This document shows, piece by piece, positions 23,033 to 24,000 of a stretch of DNA of 24,000 nt. Source of the DNA: Nibrella viscosa. GTDB lineage: Bacteria; Bacteroidota; Bacteroidia; Cytophagales; Spirosomataceae. Under the pieces are notes generated by a model that saw only the letters and a program-made list of their open reading frames with translations, was not told the DNA's origin and ran no database searches. The first letter of the stretch is position 1; the number at the start of each line of letters is the position of its first letter. Position numbers and translations under genes: made by a program. The stretch is from contig NZ_BAABHB010000017.1 in the NCBI RefSeq assembly GCF_039541875.1, positions 106,538-130,537 of the forward strand, given 5' to 3'.

Positions 23033-23257
23033 CGCCCAGCAAAGTTTAAACCGAACCAAGAACAGATAGCCCAACACATCTAATTCAGAGCAATATATGA
23101 ACGACCAGGTGCCGGTACAGTGGTCCAAGTTGAATATAATCGTTAAAACAAGCCTATGTCAATCACATACATACCTGTGGCTGGAAGCCGGGAAGAGCTA
23201 AGGACTCAGGGTCTTTTGGTTTCCGGTAGTTCGTCAGGCAGTAGCCTCTGGGGGTTC

Positions 23258-24000
23258 ATGCTGATGCTGTTGCTGAGCCTGCTGGTAACAACTGCCGGAA
23301 TGGCCCAGAGAACTATAAAAATCGCAGGTGGCAAAGCTCCCGTCGGCACTGAACGCCGGGCCGCCATCATCATCGCCAATCAGGATTACCAGCAGGATAT
23401 GATGGACCTGAAAAAAGTCTACAACGATGCCGATGATATGAAAGAGGCCCTCGATAAACTGGGCTTCGAGATCCTGGTCTTCCGAAAAGACCTCAGCCGT
23501 CTGGCCCTGGACCGGATGTTATTAAATCTGGCAACTCAGTTGAAAGGCTATCAGGTTGCTTTTTTTTACTACTCGGGTCACGGTGCCGAATTCCAGGGCA
23601 AAAATTATCTGCTGCCCACCGATATGCCTCCCCTTGAATTTCGCAGTGACTTAGCGACTTACGGCATCAGTCTCGACCGGGTGTACGAGGCCCTAGGCCA
23701 GGCCGGTGTTCGAACCAGCATCGTTGTCTCGGATGCCTGTCGCAGCCTCCCCCTGGGCAAAGGCTTACCGACGGGTATGGTCATACCGGCTAACAACCCG
23801 GCCGGTACGTTCACCATGTTTGCCACCCGCTCGGGTAATCTCTCGCTGGAAAATGCCGGCGGCCGCAACGGGTACTTTACGCAGGAGTTGTTGAAAAACT
23901 TGGTGCGGCCCAACTGGACACTGGACAACATTTTTTACGAGACTCGTAAGGGGGTTAAAGCGGCTACTAACAACCAGCAGGAACCCAGTGTGGCCAACGA
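23258..24000 (+). CDS. Signal peptide + N-terminal caspase-like (C14) domain protein, 3'-truncated by the window edge
   Basis: This ORF is not in the ORF track because it has no stop inside the window. It translates as MLMLLLSLLVTTAGMA QRTIKIAGGKAPVGTERRAAIIIANQDY..YNDADDM..FFYYSGHG..IVVSDACRS..GGRNGYFTQELL. An in-frame ATG at 23156 is an alternative start. The signal-peptide DNA gctgttgctgagcctgctggtaac is shared with 15300-15323. Confidence 0.8.
   Translation, partial: MLMLLLSLLVTTAGMAQRTIKIAGGKAPVGTERRAAIIIANQDYQQDMMDLKKVYNDADDMKEALDKLGFEILVFRKDLSRLALDRMLLNLATQLKGYQVAFFYYSGHGAEFQGKNYLLPTDMPPLEFRSDLATYGISLDRVYEALGQAGVRTSIVVSDACRSLPLGKGLPTGMVIPANNPAGTFTMFATRSGNLSLENAGGRNGYFTQELLKNLVRPNWTLDNIFYETRKGVKAATNNQQEPSVAN

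Noticed and set aside
1-24000. STAND (NACHT/NB-ARC) NTPase-WD40 architecture, toxin-antitoxin pairs, or a mobile-element origin of the island.
   Set aside because: I found no Walker A (GxxxxGK[ST]) motif in any of the WD40 proteins. I also found no small toxin/antitoxin-like gene pairs, transposase, integrase or inverted terminal repeats in the window. The island boundaries lie outside it.

Overview
All supported genes lie on the + strand. The window is a dense paralog island of caspase-like (peptidase C14 / orthocaspase) proteins. Eight C14 domains keep an intact His/Cys dyad (GHG ... DACR). They occur in three fusion architectures. (i) Signal peptide + 11-18 WD40 repeats + a conserved ~50-aa 'TYEN..TPDG.YEIY.YY' module (+/- Ig-like segment) + C-terminal caspase: 2-1696, 1727-5431, 11446-13935, 20357-23032. 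(ii) Signal peptide + N-terminal caspase + FGE-sulfatase/SUMF1-like domain: 15280-16938, 18477-20168, and a decayed copy at 16962-17752. (iii) Signal peptide + caspase + a papain-like C1 domain whose catalytic Cys and His appear substituted: 5447-7012. One more N-terminal-caspase paralog runs off the 3' edge (23258->24000), and one WD40 paralog lacks the caspase (9369-11087). Nested among them are a Ro60/TROVE-vWA (Rsr) gene (7435-8964), a ~140-nt element with the circularly permuted tRNA-like fold typical of bacterial Y RNAs (9222-9361), and an RtcB RNA ligase (14072-15202). There are also two copies of an unknown small secreted two-Cys protein, each preceded by a conserved 24-nt leader motif. 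I see no STAND NTPase, RtcA, RtcR, transposase, integrase, reverse transcriptase or CRISPR array. The absence of Shine-Dalgarno-like sequences and the protein repertoire suggest a Bacteroidota (Cytophagia-like) genome, but that is a guess. The main candidate for novelty is the interleaving of a Ro60 / Y RNA / RtcB RNA-repair cassette with a diversified, NTPase-less, apparently exported caspase array.
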